Shown piece after piece: positions 63,541 to 64,000 of a DNA stretch of 64,000 nucleotides. Source of the DNA: Narcine bancroftii (taxonomy: Eukaryota). The translations under genes were made by a program, and so were the position numbers. Below the pieces are notes generated by a model. That model had not been told where the DNA came from. It saw nothing but the letters and a program-made list of their open reading frames with translations, and did no database searches. The stretch spans positions 350,300,001-350,364,000 of the forward strand of contig NC_091471.1 of assembly GCF_036971445.1 (NCBI RefSeq), given 5' to 3'. The first letter of the stretch is position 1. Each line of letters opens with the position of its first letter.

Positions 63541-63814
63541 TTGGGTCAGGTCCTTCCTTTTGAAGGTTCATCCATCACTTCTACCATTGGCATTGTGTTC
63601 TGGGAACTGATCACTCACTCATTTTTAAGATAATTATTCAAAGAATTCTTGGAGTTGGAGGGTTACTGGAGGTATTCCAATATCTCTGCTGCCTTTGTCC
63701 TCTGGTGTGTCAGTGGCCACTGATTTGGACATTGTAGTTTACATATTCTGCAATTATGGTGAAAACCAGTGTTTGCAGCCCTTGAAGGTAGTGGTGAGCT
63801 GTTACATAAAACAT

Positions 63815-64000
63815 TGAATAGTACAGGCCCTTCGGCCCACAATGTTGTGCCAACCTTTAGACCCTGCCTCCCACAATTGCTCCATATGCTTGTCTAGTGG
63901 TCTCTTGAAATTCACCCATGTACTTGCCTCCACCACTGACCCAGGTCGTACATTCCACATACTCTCTGGGTTTAAAAAACACCTTCCTCTAACTCTAACC
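63815..64000 (-). mobile_element. CR1-type LINE 3' end
   Basis: ACAGGCCCTTCGGCCCACAATGTTGTGCC tail in reverse orientation. Confidence 0.65.

Overview
Vertebrate genomic DNA, most likely a cartilaginous fish. This is inferred from the repeat inventory (V/HE1-type SINEs, CR1, Rex1, Penelope-like, Tx1/L1 and RTE LINEs). The window holds the conserved POLG2-DDX5-CEP95 syntenic block. On the minus strand are the first coding exon and probable promoter of POLG2 and a complete 13-exon DDX5 gene (649 aa as I reconstruct it). CEP95 starts head-to-head with DDX5 from a shared CpG-rich promoter, and 13 of its coding exons are visible on the plus strand; the gene continues past the window. Introns and intergenic DNA are densely filled with nested transposable elements. 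The most interesting signal is DDX5 intron 11, which is TE-free. Nested long-range helices there cover both splice sites of a PTC-containing cryptic exon, and a miR-3064-like hairpin sits between a distant branch point and the exon 12 acceptor, suggesting a structure-based autoregulatory splicing switch. Also notable are a near-perfect 284-bp inverted duplication flanking DDX5 exon 8 and a shortened dimerisation segment in POLG2. Comparisons with human sequences are from memory, not from a database search.
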